From Azolla caroliniana (taxonomy: Eukaryota; Plantae; Polypodiophyta), in the NCBI GenBank assembly GCA_043228905.1, contig JBHGNT010000020.1, positions 11,904,001 to 11,968,000 of the forward strand: a DNA stretch of 64,000 nucleotides, written 5' to 3'. The number at the start of each line of letters is the position of its first letter. The stretch's first letter is position 1. The notes under the pieces are model-generated. The model searched no databases, had not been told where the DNA came from, and worked only from the letters and a program-made list of their open reading frames with translations. A program made the translations under genes and the position numbers. Positions 25,100 to 38,700 of the stretch are shown here, piece after piece.

Positions 25100-27311
25100 A
25101 CATGCATGTGCTAAATTTTGGGGAAATCTAAAGGGGAAACGTGTTGAGAGTTATGGTGACTTAACTCTTCACGACTTGTCTATGCATTGTAAGAATTTAT
25201 ATGAGTTATCACTTGCCAGAAAGATGATGTATTCTGGTTCCCTTTCACATATGCCTCCCTTCTTTACAATTGAAGATATATGCGTAGGACTTAAGAAATT
25301 GGCCTCTCGAAAGGCAAGCGATCTTCAATGTATAAAGGTTTAAATGCTCAAATGGACGGGAAAGGAAGCACATGTATGGATAAGCGATATGTTCAATGAT
25401 GCATTGCAACATGGTATGCCATACGATTGGACTACAAATTGGATCAAACCTTTACATAAAGGTGGAGATATAAATAATGTAAACAACTATCGAACAATCA
25501 TGGTTGGCTCATTAATGGCAAAACTATTTGGATGTATAATGGAATCAAAGATAAGTGTATGGGCTAAAAAAAATGGTAAGAGAGCTTATGGACAAGCTGG
25601 CTTTTGAAAACACCATAGCACCATTTATCACCTTATCACCCTTCGAGTATTAATGGACGAAAGTCGCCTTAGAGGTAAAGGTTTATATTGTTGCTTTGTA
25701 GACTTCAAGAAAGCTTTTGATATGGTACCTCGTGAGCATCTTTGGAGGCGAATGGAAGAACTTGAGGTGCCAAGTGAATATATGCTTGCAATTTCCCGAA
25801 TTTATGAGAAGGTTATATGTTGTGTGCACATGAGAGATAAATTTTCAGATTTTTTCAAAAGCACTATTGGTGTTAAGCAAGGATGCCCACTCTCACCAAC
25901 ACTATTTGGTCTATGCATTGATGAATTGGAAGAAATGGTTACCAAGTTTGCAAAGGAAGAATGTGTTGAAGAAGTTGCCATTGGGAATGTTGTGATTATG
26001 CTTTTGCTATATGCAGATGATGTAGTGCTTTTTGCAAATACTTTAGGAGATGCACAAAAGCTTATGAAGGCATTGGAAAAATTTTGCATGCATACTAAAT
26101 TAAGTGTCAATAGCTCTAAAACAAAGATTATGCTTGTGAAGAGCCAAAAAAGAGATAAACCATGCATTATGTACAACAATGAGCCACTTGAATGTGTGGA
26201 AAGCTTCAAATATCTTGGCCTTGAAGTTCCTTCAAATCATAGATGGAATGAATGTGCTACACGCCGCTTAGAGGCGGGCAAGCGAGCATACTATGCATTT
26301 GAGAACACATGCAATCTTGGAGATATTAAGTGTTGGGTCCTCACTTTGGAGATATTAAGTGTTGAGATGGATATCTTTTCGACACTTTGGTGACACCGGT
26401 TCTTCTCTATGGGGTGGAAGTATGGGGTGGTAGCATCCCTAAATCTATGTGGAAAGAGTTTAAAAATGTCCAAAAGCATTTTCTTACCAATTGTCTACAA
26501 GTTAAGAAACAAACGCCCTACACCCTCCTCCTCCTTGAGACAGGATCGCTTCCCATTGAGATCATGGCCATGGAAAGGTTTGTTGAATACATGCTTAAGG
26601 TTCAAAAAAGTCCCTCACATCGACTTCCTAGAATTGCGTGGGAAGCAAGCAAAAAGATCCAAAAGACGCATAAAAGCAAAATTTTGTGTTCCGGTTGGAT
26701 GCAAGATATAGAAAAATGGTTTGGTAGATGGGATGCGAGACACTTGCTTCATGATGCATCATTAGATTCCTCTGTAAATGAGGCATTTTTGCAACACCAA
26801 TGTATCATGACATGGGACAAATGTGGATGCTCAGACTTCACACATTATACTACACATGTTGCACCTAACTATAAAACCATATTCTTTGCGGAACGGGGAA
26901 ATCCTACACATTGATACATGTTAGAGCCCATACCGTTATCTTCCATTCAAACCATTGCTTCCATGCGACTTAGCTCACATGCATTGCGATGTGAGACAGG
27001 GCGTTGGGGCACAAGTGATGAGAGTGGTCGGCTATGCACACTTTGCCCTAAACAAGTTCGCGAGTCTGAGTATCACACTTTGATACAATGCTCTGCATTT
27101 GATCATATCCGACCATGCTTTCCACATCTCTTCGACCGAGCCCAATCCTTGCATGAATTCCTCTCACAACCACAATGTGCACTCTCGATTGCAACATTCA
27201 TTGGTAAAGTTCTTGAACATCGAGAGTCACTACTCACTTTCACACGTATCACGTGAAATGTAATATTTTTGGTTTCATAGGTCATATTTGACCTCCGAAG
27301 ACAATAATATA

Positions 27312-27347
<36 letters not shown>

Positions 27348-27407
27348 ATCTATCTCTAGGTCATATTTGACCTCCGAAAACGATAATATAATCTATCTAT
27401 CTATCTC
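25100..27407 (+). mobile_element. RTE/RTEX-type non-LTR retroelement, copy 1 (RT plus C-terminal Cys/His motif, no APE), pseudogenised
   Basis: NNYRTIMV, QAGF, FVDFKKAFDMV, GVKQGCPLSPTLF, LLYADD, FKYLG and RLSSHALRCETGRW-CTLC-HTLIQC. Several stops. (CTAT)n/(CTTT)n tail. Confidence 0.9.
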
Positions 27408-28194
27408 TTGGTGAAAACACAATAAATGTTTGTAAAAAACACTACTTACAATGGGTGTGAGAATGGAGTATGGTTACCCACTAACTACATACACTACATG
27501 GGTAGTGGAACATGTTGAATTGTGAAGAGGCAAGACGAACACTCCACTGAGGAAAGAATTCCACTTGCCCCAATAAAGAAAATTGTCACATTAGTACCTG
27601 GCCCATCGAATACAAAAGCGTTGCGCATGTTCCAATTATGATACAATCCCCAATATCTCAGAAATAGAAAAACGACCTCCATGTCTGGTTTTGGGTCAAC
27701 CTATGTAAATTGTGCAAACACCCATTGTCTAGGTGTCAAATAACACCATGATAAAACTTGCCAAATTTGAGAAATGTAACTTTAAACCTGACAAGCAATC
27801 AGACCTTGTATAAATCAATGAGTACTATATTCCATTTGAATAATGCAAAAGAAGCAATTACATGTTGCTAGTCCACGACACTTTACAGCTAATCCCAAAG
27901 GAAATCTACCAATCAAACCTCTCCAAATGAAGTCCTTTGCTACAAATGGCAATTAAGAATGCCAACTACGTTGTAAGATCTACCACAACCCATTATCAAA
28001 TTTGTGTATTTTCCATTCTTCTTCAGCCTTAGATGATAACCATCCAAGAGACTCAACAAAACAATGATACAAAAGGTTAGTAGTCACTTGTAACAATGAC
28101 ATTTGACACCGTCAACACCAATCACTCCATGGTTTTTCTCCTATTTGTAGAGATAAGGGACCTTGTATCAATGCAATATTTTGTAGTTGTTGAC

Positions 28195-31100
28195 TGTAAA
28201 GAATCGGGTATGATTCTTGTGTAGCGGAAGAGATGTGTGTTATGTGTATGTGTGAGAGGAATTAGAGGAGATGACAAGAACCCAAGGTTCCTTATGCGCA
28301 ACGCTCGGCCACAACCGAGCGTCTTTTCATACACAGAAAACGGGAAGTAGAACACGACACAAAGAAGAGAAATGGTACACAGGAGGTTAACGTGGAAAAC
28401 CCCAAACTAAGGGAAAAAACCACGGCAGCCCACAGGCTGCAAACTGTCACTATGTATGAATGTACAAAGCAGTGAGTACATGGAGGCAACGACCTCGGAC
28501 TCACGATCTTCGCCACAGGCGGCGGTTACAAACAGAGGCAACGACCTTGTCTCTCTCTCTCTCCCTCTGTACAGTTACGCACTCTCTCTTTTCTTGCACC
28601 AACAAGAAAAAAATGACAACAACAACTCTAAACCAAAAGTTTGCCCTAAGTCATATTTATACTAATATGACTTTTCGGCTATTTACAAATATAGCCACAA
28701 TGGCTCTCAGAAACATATTTACGAATATGTCTCTTCATCCGGTTCATACCGGGCCTGCACCATCCGGCTCTCCGTAGCCGGGTACTCCTCATCTGGTTCA
28801 TACCGGGCCTGCACCATCCGGCTCTCCGTAGCCGGGTACTCCTCATCCGGTCTTCACCGGGTCTGTATCATCCGGTTCTCCGTAGCCGGGTTCCCTTCAT
28901 ACCGTTTCCCATCCGGAGGGACCTGTCTCCCAACAGGAGAGAAGAGAGAAGAGAGAACACAAGCTAGATAGAAAAAGGAATACTCAAGAAGAAGGTGTAT
29001 ATTCACAAGTAGAATAGCAAATACAAAATGTAGCATTACAAGGAGTCACAACCGACTTAGTATGAAGTAGGAGAAGGGTGCTTTATATAAGGTCACCCTC
29101 TCTCTTCATTAACTCACTACAACAACTACTCTCTCTTGAGGAATGTGAAGACTAGTAGTCATGGGGAATATGTAACTCATTAGTTATGTGTCATAGAATA
29201 TGATTGTATGACACATAGTTAATGTGTAGAGAGTAGTGGTGTGACTCTTGACCTTTGAGTAATCATAGATTCTCAAAAGTTGTGTTCACACGTTGCACTA
29301 TGTGGAGCTTGATTCTCAACATGCTGCCTCAAGCTCAACTCGGGTCAATTCCTTTCGATTGATGTCTGCACCTTCTAGTATCCAGTTCCGACGATCTTTG
29401 GTGTCCGCTTTGGCTCGTACCCAGTTCGGAGGGTATCCGGTTCTCGCTTGTACTCCCCCTCAAGCCTAGCAAGTCAGGGATCCTCAATCCAAGGTCTAAC
29501 ATGAATTTCTGAAGCTTGTCAGCTCCTAGGGCCTTGGTGAAGATATCGGTGGTCTGAAGATTTGTGTAGATGTGTAAAAGATCGACTTCTCCGGTCGGAA
29601 CACGGTCTCGAATGAAGTGGTAGTGCACTTCCTTTTTGCTCCAATGAGTACCCTACGAGGATACATTTCTCCGACTTCGGGGTAAGCTTTTTTCGCTTCT
29701 CGTCGGGGATGTGCACGTATGCAATGGAGCCGAATATCCGAACATGTGATCGGTCCGGCTTCTTTCCGAAAAATTTCTCGTGCGTAGTAAGTTAGTGCAC
29801 TCCCAATGTCGTACACTGATTCATGAGGTATACGGCCATGTTAGCCGCTTCTCGCCCAGTATGACTTCAGTAGGTGCTTTTCGTTCATCATGGCCCGTGT
29901 TCCTTCGAGGATGTGTCGATTCTTTCGTTCGGCAAATGCGTTTTGTTGTGGCACATGTCGACACGAAAACTCTTGCCCAATTCCTTCTTTTCATAGAAAA
30001 GCCAAAAATAAGTCAAAGAAGTACTCCTTGCCTCCATCCAACCGAAGACATCGTACATGTCGGCTCGTGGCTTTCTCGACTTCATTCTTAAATATTTGGA
30101 AGTGTCCAAACACTTCGCTCTTTTGCCGCATGGGGTAGATTCAGGTGTGCGTGGAGAAGTCGTCGATGAAGGCCACGTAGTATCGACATTCGCCGAATGT
30201 AGTCATCTGAGTCGTACCCCATACATCGGAATGAATTACGTCGAGTACTTCGCTCACGTTCCGCTCCATCTAAAATGGGTGCCAATGTTGCTTGCCGAAT
30301 TGGCAAGTGGCACACAAGCCTTTAATCTCTTTCTCCTTGAATGTCGGGAGCCTGATGGTGACTCCTTTCGATTGCATTGCCTTGATCTTTTGGAGGTTGA
30401 TATGGCTAATCCGCTTGTGCCATAACTCTATGTCGAAATCGGCTTTCGTGCCCTTTGCGAACATGGCCGATTTCATCTCGTGCAAGTCAAGAATGAAGGT
30501 CCGGTCCTCTCTTGGTCCAGGAGCAATGAGTCAGCCCTCTTTTTCGATGGAGCAACCGCCTTGATTAAATCGTATTTGCATCCCTTCTTGATGGAGCAGC
30601 CGAATGGGACATTGTTGATGTGTCGAATCAGATGCATAGTGTCGTCTCCAGTTTCAACATAGCTAGGTCGGTCCGGCTCTCGAAGTTCTCAGAACCATTC
30701 TTGATGAGACGTCATATGGTTCGAGGCACCGGAGTCGACGAACCATACGTCTTTCGGACTAGATGTGCTATTCGAAGTAGAAGCCGACATAGAATTTGCT
30801 CAATGTCTCATCACGAACATTCCGCCACGATCGTCATAGTCAAAGTTGGTGGCGTAATTGGTATGTTGTCGGCTACTGGAAGCCAACTTGCGTAACTTCT
30901 TATGGCACTCTTCTTCGTGGTGACCGATTTTTCTACAATATCCGCATTCGACCGAGTTTTGTCGGCTCAGAACGGAATGGAAGCTCCCCGTTCTTCCGAA
31001 GGTTTCTTGCTAGCTTCCGTCTTGATGCCAAAATTGCGAGTTGTTTTCGTAAGTCCGTCCTCCTTGTCCTTGGCTGAATCGGCCTCTTCTTGCACGACTG

Positions 31101-32343
31101 CGTCCTCTTCCTTCGTCCGAGTGTGAGTAAAGCATGTGGCCTTTCGAGGCATTGCTCCTTGTTCGAACATGGTTTTCTTCAACCAACAACATGGATTGAA
31201 GATCGAAGAAGGGGGGCAGATTCTTCCGTGCTAGTACGACGGTCCTCATTGTGCCGAACCGTGGTGCAAGGCCGTCGAGGCATATTTGCACCATCTAATG
31301 ATCGTCCACATTCACTCTTACTGAGCCGAACGAGTCGCAAAGCTCCTTGATCTTCAAGGTGTAGCTCGTGATGGACATATCCCTTTGTTGGATGTTGTTC
31401 AAATCTTGGTGAAGTTGAAGCTTTCTCGCGGTTGTGTTGGCGGCGAAAATCTTTCATAGATTCTCTCACACTTCCTTAGGCATCTCGGCTTCTTGAATGT
31501 AGCCGAGCATGTGGTCGTGAACACGTGTCGCCAAGCAATACATCACTCGGTTTGCCGCTTGCTCCCATGTTGCATAGTCGGCGTCTTTTGGGCCAAGTCG
31601 GTTTTCTTGTGCTCCTTTGATGTATCCCCAATAGCCTTGGCCGACAAGGTATTGGTGCATCTTGTACTCCCAAGATGCAAAGTTGTTTCAATCTAGCTTC
31701 TTGCTAGGGAGAGCGCTCCCCATTTGAGTATTCATTATCGATGAAGATTTCTTCCTTCTTTTGTTTTCCTTCTCTCTCGAATACGAGCTATGTAGTCGCA
31801 CTACGATAGTGATGGATTGGTTCTTCTCGAATGTCGGCGTAGAACACAACACAGGCAGATGGGCTAGATCGAGCTACCAAATCGCTTTGATACCATGTAA
31901 AGAATCGAATATGATTCTTGCGTAGTGTAAGAGATGTGTGTTATGTGTATGTGTGAGAGGAATTAGAGGAGAGAAGAGAGAACACAAGATAGATAGAAAA
32001 AGGAATACTCAAGAAGGTGTATATTCACAAGTAGAATAGCAAATACAAAATGTACCATTACAAGGAATCACAACCGACTTAGTATGAAGTAGGAGAAGGG
32101 TGCTTTATATAAGGTCACCCTCTCTCTTCATTAACTCATGACAACAACTACTCTCTCTTGGGGCATGTGAAGACTCATAGTCATGGGGAATATCTAACTC
32201 ATTAGTTATGTGTCATAGAATATGACTCAATGACACATAGTTAATGTGTAGAGAGTAGTGGTGTGACTCTTGACCTTTGAGTAATCAAAGATTCTCAAAA
32301 GGTGTGTTCACACGTTGCACTGTGTTGAACTTGATTCTCAACA
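28195..32343 (-). mobile_element. Ty1/Copia element E, internally deleted (RT missing), with both LTRs
   Basis: LTRs at 28195-29321 (interrupted) and 31896-32343. TSD TTGAC/TTGCC. PBS TGGTATCAAAGC at 31884-31895. Gag, GAG-pre-IN (LWHKRISHIN) and IN are present. KCILVGYSLEQKG is fused directly to HYHFIRDRV at ~29630. Confidence 0.9.
28272..28935 (-). mobile_element. Solo LTR of the B/C-related Copia family, inside the 3' LTR of element E
   Basis: Termini TGACA...CAACA. TSD GGAGA at 28267-28271 and 28936-28940. Shares GCTCGGCCACAACCGAG and CCATCCGGAGGGACCTGT with the C LTRs. Confidence 0.9.
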
Positions 32344-35300
32344 TTGCCAAATAAACCCATAATTAGGCGGGATGCATAATAATTGCCGCACTTCAACAAA
32401 CTCCAAAATTCTTTGAGATGGAGCCACCTCTTTGACCCCCAAATGAAACAAACAATTAAATTGAGAGTGCAATCTCTCCTTTCCTGGCCAACATAATTAC
32501 CGAGAAGACACAAGTAACTCTTTTGCAAAGAATTACAATGCTCTCTACTAGATGATGGTTTCCATACACATAACAAGAGTGCTTCTTGCCATGAGGTAAC
32601 CAAGTGTTGAACATAGGAAGAGCCTAGAATCCTAAGTGAAATACATCCATTAAGTAATTGCCACCATGAAGCCTTAATCGTTGTCCTCCCATGTGTTAAA
32701 CCCTTGTTCTCAATGAAATATTGAACAATAGATATCCATGGTTGTGAGTTTGAACACATGTCTTGTAACAATGAAAATCTGAGATTCCCAACAAAATCTA
32801 CGAGCCATCATATGCATAGATAAGTTCAATATTCCAGCTCCCTCTAAGCGATTAGGGGTTGCTAGATGATTCCACACAACCCAAGTGATTCCCATCTTAT
32901 CCCTCCGAAAACATAGAAGAAAACCGAATTTGAAACCCTACAGACCGTAGAAAATCGAGAATGCTTCCACTTCCAAAATGATGGATACCTACAATAATTC
33001 CCATTTTATAGCACAAGGGGAGGCTTTTACATCATACTTAATGGCAACCATTTTCTGTTCGCGATTCTTCCTCGATTCTTTCTCACATCATATCTTATTA
33101 TTCCTCTCTTTTTGTGGCACATTAAAGTAACCATTAACTACTATGCCTAGTACTTATAAATTCTCTCCCTATATTTATGTTTCTTTGTACATTAGTCCAT
33201 GTTCATCTACATACTTGCACACCCTCGTTCACACGCATCCGGCGAACTTTCTCCTTGGTGGAGGAATTCCCCACGACATCCACCCCCACCAAACCGCACA
33301 TCCTCCGGTATGTGCCGAGTAGTGAAGTTGAGGGGATTCCAGTCCACTTTTTACTCGTCCTCTCTGGTTCTATCATCGACCGGGTTCTCGTCTAATTCCT
33401 CGTTCCTGTCAGCATTGTCTTCCACCACGCCCGAATCCAGCTCCAACTCGTACCGCTTCTTGAAGGCGTTTATTCATTTTCCCACAACCGATATTGTGAT
33501 CCTTATTCCGTCGAGCTCTACTAGATGGTATGTCGCATTGTCGTTGGCGTTTGTCACCGCATATGGCCCAAACCACCGCCTCACAAACTTTCGGATCAAC
33601 TGGTGCTAGTTGTCGAGGCTGTTGTCATACACCAACACCCAGTCGCCTTCTTCGATGTTTCCCGGCCTCAATCGGTGGGTCCGGTCGAACCATCCTTTGC
33701 TCTTCATCCTCGCCTTCACTTGTTCCACATCCTCCGACCTTCATTCAAGCTGTCAGATCCGCGCTGTCAGCAGCTCCACCCAACTCATTTCGTCTGACTA
33801 GTCGATTCGCATCCACGACGCTATCATTCTCTCCACTGTCATAATCGGCTTTTATGTGAACATGAGTTCGGTTGGCATGTATCCAGTTACCGAATTGTGC
33901 GTAGTTCAGTCTGCCAACAAAGCATAAGGTAGAAGCCTCAGCTAGTTTCTAACCCACCCGTCGCATCCTCTCATGATCGCCTTCACGATCGGCCCATGTC
34001 CGTGTTCGACCTTCCCGTTAGCCTCTGGATTGTATGCCTTCATGAGGGACAACTTAACCCCTTGTCAATCGAACAACTCCTCTGCTTCTTACGCATCCAA
34101 CTCCCCTCGGTCGGCCACGATCTTCTCGACACACCCATACCGGTAGATTACATCCTCGATGAGGAACCGGCAAACAGTCGCAGTCATCTTGTTCAGCAAG
34201 GCTCGGCCTTCCACCTAGTTCCTCATGTCCTCTCTTGCTAGGAACAAGTACAACATCTGCCCCACCCCCATTGGCATCATCACTAAGTCAACCATCCACT
34301 TGAAGTGAATGGCCGAAAGATAGGTCAGGTTCTCGTCTTAGTGCCAGATTATGGAATGCACTTGGCAACTCTCACATGTTGCCACAAAGTGGTGCACGTA
34401 CTTGTACATTCCCGGCCACAGTACTTCTCCTTCAGCTTCTCGAACGTGGCCCATGTCACCTGATGTCCGGACCAGGGACTTTCGTGAAACTCCGACATCA
34501 TCACTGATTGTTCCTCCTTCGTAACCACCCCGAATGGTGTGCCGTTTCGCTTCTTCGGAAGCCGCCATATCTTACCATCCTTCAAGAAGAACTTGTACGC
34601 CTTCTTTCGGATATGACTCGCTTCCTCCTTGGTCTCTAACGCGTCATTTGTCATCAAGCTCAGGAACTGCCCAATCTGAAGCCACTCCTCATCGTAGTCA
34701 TTCTCGTTGAACTTGAGCAGGGTCGGAGTGCTTCGCCCATTTTCCAACAATCGAGCCGATTCAAAGAAGTCCACGCCAACTTCTTCGTTTTCCAATACCA
34801 TGTCATCTTTGTTGTTGTATCGTGCTCTCAATACCATGTCGGCCATGGCATTGTCCTTTCCGGAGATGTGTCGTATCTCAGGATTCAGGGACTTGATTTA
34901 CGTGATCCACCTGAGCATCGCCAAGTCCAGGGTTGCGCATTCAGAAACCATACCGAGGATCTGTAGGCAGTCCATCTCGATGATTACTTCCGTTGTCGTG
35001 TTATTACGCAAGTGCGTGTGGAAACGAGGCGGGACCGCGGGGGTCTCGAACCAAAGAGCAAGTGAGGGAGGAGGAAAAGAGAGAACCGGCTACGCAGGAC
35101 CGGGATACACAGGGACACGGCCCTTCAGCACGGAGAACGCGAACGAACACCGACACAGACAGATGCGAATGACTAAATATATATATTAAGAAAATTATGG
35201 CTAACACGGCTACAACCCTCGATGGGGCACAGGTTGGTTACAACCGAGCAGGCCGGCGAACAGATGCCGATGCCTGTTCGCTTCGACGCACAAAGGGGTA

Positions 35301-35706
35301 GCCGGTCGGAGGTGCTGCCGGAAGCACTCGGGCGTTCCTCGAAACAGCGCAAGCCCCCCCCCCGGAACCCTGCACAGAAAGCTCTGGAGCTCAAGAAGGA
35401 AGGAAGCAGAGAGAGAGAGAAGCGTCCAGAAACGGTCCGACAGCACTTCGTTCTCTCCCCCCCCGCGAGATGCCTGCAATAGCTCTTTCCTGCTCCTTAT
35501 ATAGGCCGACGAGCAGGCCGTCCTGTCAGCTTTATTCCCTGTCCCTTTGGACAGGGATTCGCTTCGTCCTTCACGCATCCGCGTAGTTACGCCGCCGACT
35601 CGTACAGTTCCTTCGCTCGCGCGCGCGATCGAAAAGACTGTTCGCGCGGTCTTTGTCTTCACTTGTGTTAGGGCCCGTTCCCGCCGATTATCCTCCTAAT
35701 TCGCTT

Positions 35707-38700
35707 CTATGTACAACTCGGAGCGTGCGCGCGTGAAGAACCGGTTCCCACGCCTTGGTGCGCCGATTCCGCCCATGGACGGTTTTCTTCACGACATCCG
35801 CCCCCACCTAACCGTGCATCCTCCGGTATGCACCAAGAGAGTTGGGACGGAGAAAACCGGCCCGTCTTCATTTCTTCGCCCGTCGGTTCTTCCTCGTTTT
35901 CGGATCTTTCGTCACTGCTGACTAGGAGAGCTGGGTCTGGCTCGTCGTCGTGTCGCTTCTTGAACGCTTTGATCCGCTTCCCTGCAACCGGTATCGCCAT
36001 TCTCGTGCCGTCTAGTTCCGCCAGGTGATATGTCCCGTTGTCATTGGCGCTCCGCACCACGTAAGGCCCGAACCACCTTCGTGCGAACTTCCGTGTAGCT
36101 CGGTGCTGGTTGTCGAGGCTGCTGTCGTAGACGAGCACCCAGTCACCTTCGTCGATTTTCTTCGGTCGGAGCCGGTGCGTTCGGTCGAACCGGGCTTTGT
36201 TCTTCGTCCTCGCCACCCGGAGCTTCTCCGCAGCCAGTGCCACGTCCTCCGGTCTCCGCTCGAGTTGTCGTATACGTGCGGCCAACAACTCCTCCCGGCT
36301 CATCTCGTCCCTCCAGTCGACCGTTGCCCACGAGGAGATCGTCCGTTCAATTGGCATGATCGGCTTCTGGCCGAACATGAGCTCCGTCGGCATGTACCCG
36401 GTTACCGAACTGTGCGTGGTCCGGTCTGCCCACAAAGCATAAGGTAGCAGCCGCGGCCAGTTTCCGACTTGGCCTCCGCATGCTCGAACCAGCGCCTTGA
36501 CGATCGGTCCGTGTCCGCGCTCCACCTTTCCATTCGCCTCCGGATTGTACGCAGTGGTGAGCGAGAGCTTGACTCCCAGCCGGTCGAACAGCTCCGCGGC
36601 TTCTTCGGCGTCCAACTCCCCTCGGTCAGCCACGATCTTCCCGACGCACCCGTACCGGCATATTACGTCCTCGATTAGGAACCGACATACGGCCGCGGTC
36701 GTTTTGTTCGGAAGGGCCCGGCCTTCCACCTGGTTCGTCAGATCCTCCCGCGCTAGGACCAGGTACCGCATCTGTCCTACCCCCATTGGCATCGTCACCA
36801 GATCTACCATCCATTTGAAGTGGATGGTCGGAGGGTACGTAGGGTGAAGCTCGTCCCGATGTCGGACTATGGAGTGCTTCTGACAGCTCTCGCAAGTCGT
36901 CACGAACCGATGCACGTCCTGGTACTGCCCCGGCCACCAATACTTCCCCTTCAGTTTCTCAAACGTAGCCCATGTTCCACGGTGTCCAGCCCAAGGGCTG
37001 TCGTGGTAGGCCGTCAGCAGCTCCTCCTGTTCTTCCTTCATCGCCACCACCCGGAGCGGAGCGCCGTCCCTCTTCTTTGGGTGTTTCCATAGATAGCCAT
37101 CCCGGAGGAAGAACCGGTACGCTTTCTTCCGGATCCGGTTGGCCTCGTCCTTCGTCCATGACGCATCGGGCGTCATTGTCTTCAAAAACCCACCGATCTG
37201 CAGCCACTCCCCGTCGTACCTGCTCGCGTCGAAGTCGTTAAGCGCCGAAGTGCTTGTTCCGTCGGTTGTTACATACGCAGTCTCGAAGAAGTCCACGCCG
37301 ACCTCTTCGTCCTCCGAAACCATGCCGCCCTCATCATCGAACCTCGCCCTTGAAAGCATGTCGGCCATGGCGTTGTCTTTCCCGGAAATGTGTCGTATTT
37401 CCGGGTCCAGGGATTTGATGTACGCTATCCACCTGAGCATTGCCAGGTCCGGCGTCGCGCATCCGGAAACCATGCCGAGAATCGGCATGCAATCCGTCTC
37501 TATGATTACCTCTGTCCCGATCAGATAGTCCTTGTCAGCCTTCACCGCCGAAACGATACCCCAGAGTTCGCGTTTAACCTGGGCGTATCCTCGCTGCCGT
37601 TCGCTGAGGACCTTCGCGCCGAATCGGATCGGAAACCGATCGCCGTCCTCGTCTTCTTGGTTGACGACCCACCCGATTCCGGTCGGACTCGTGTCAACCG
37701 TTATGTACACTGGGGTGCCCTTCCTGTAGACGGCCTTTCGGAGCGCCGGTGCTGCCGAAAGAGCCTCCTTCAGCTTCCGGACCGACTCCGTGTGCTTGTC
37801 TAGCCATTCGAATCTTCGCCCTTTCTTCAATAATCCGTACAGCGGCTCCGCGACGTGCGCGTAATGCGGGATCCATATGTGGTAGAAGGCGCATGCTCCC
37901 AAGAATCTTCGTACTTCCGTGACCGAGCTGCAATCAGGCTTCATCGCGGAGATGGCTTCTATCTTTGCCGGAGACGGTTTCCGGCCATATGGTCCACATA
38001 AATGTCCGACCACCATGATTTCCCACTGCCCGAACGCTGACTTCTCCCCCGAGAAGGTGAGCCTCGCATCCTCTAGCCTTTGCAGCACCTTCTCGCAGTC
38101 GTCGATGTGCGTCACCACGAATCGCCGGCATCCGTCCGGCCCGATCGTCTCGTCCTTCTCTTCTACCGGGCATCCCTTGATCGGGATGTCGTCTAGAAAC
38201 GGCATGGTGATGTCCGAGATGCAGTCCCTCAGCACCTTGTTCATTGCATTCACCATGTGGGCCACCGAGTTGGTCCCTCCTTGCGGCAGCGTACACATCC
38301 GCACTAGGCCGAGGGGAGTTCGCATCGTCGTAATGTCTCTGCTCTCCACGGCTAGCTGGAACTGGTCGTACCCTGAGTATAGATCACCGACCGAGTAAAT
38401 CGACCTTCCGGCGAAGGCCTCCGCGAACTCGTCTATGGTCGGTCCGATCCCTGCGTTCCGAATGGTCACCCTATTGACCGGTTGCAAGTCCTGAATGAAG
38501 CGCAATGATCCGTTTTTCTTTGGTACGGTAAACCATCGGTTTGAATACGGGGCGCTCGATGGCTCGAGAATGCCCATATCAACTTTCTGCTTCAACAGCT
38601 CCATCAACTTCGGGATGTGAGCTCTCGGAACCGGAATTGGCTTGAGATTCCACGGTACATGCGGTACCGTGAATATCACCATCGGCTCTACGGTCGTCGG

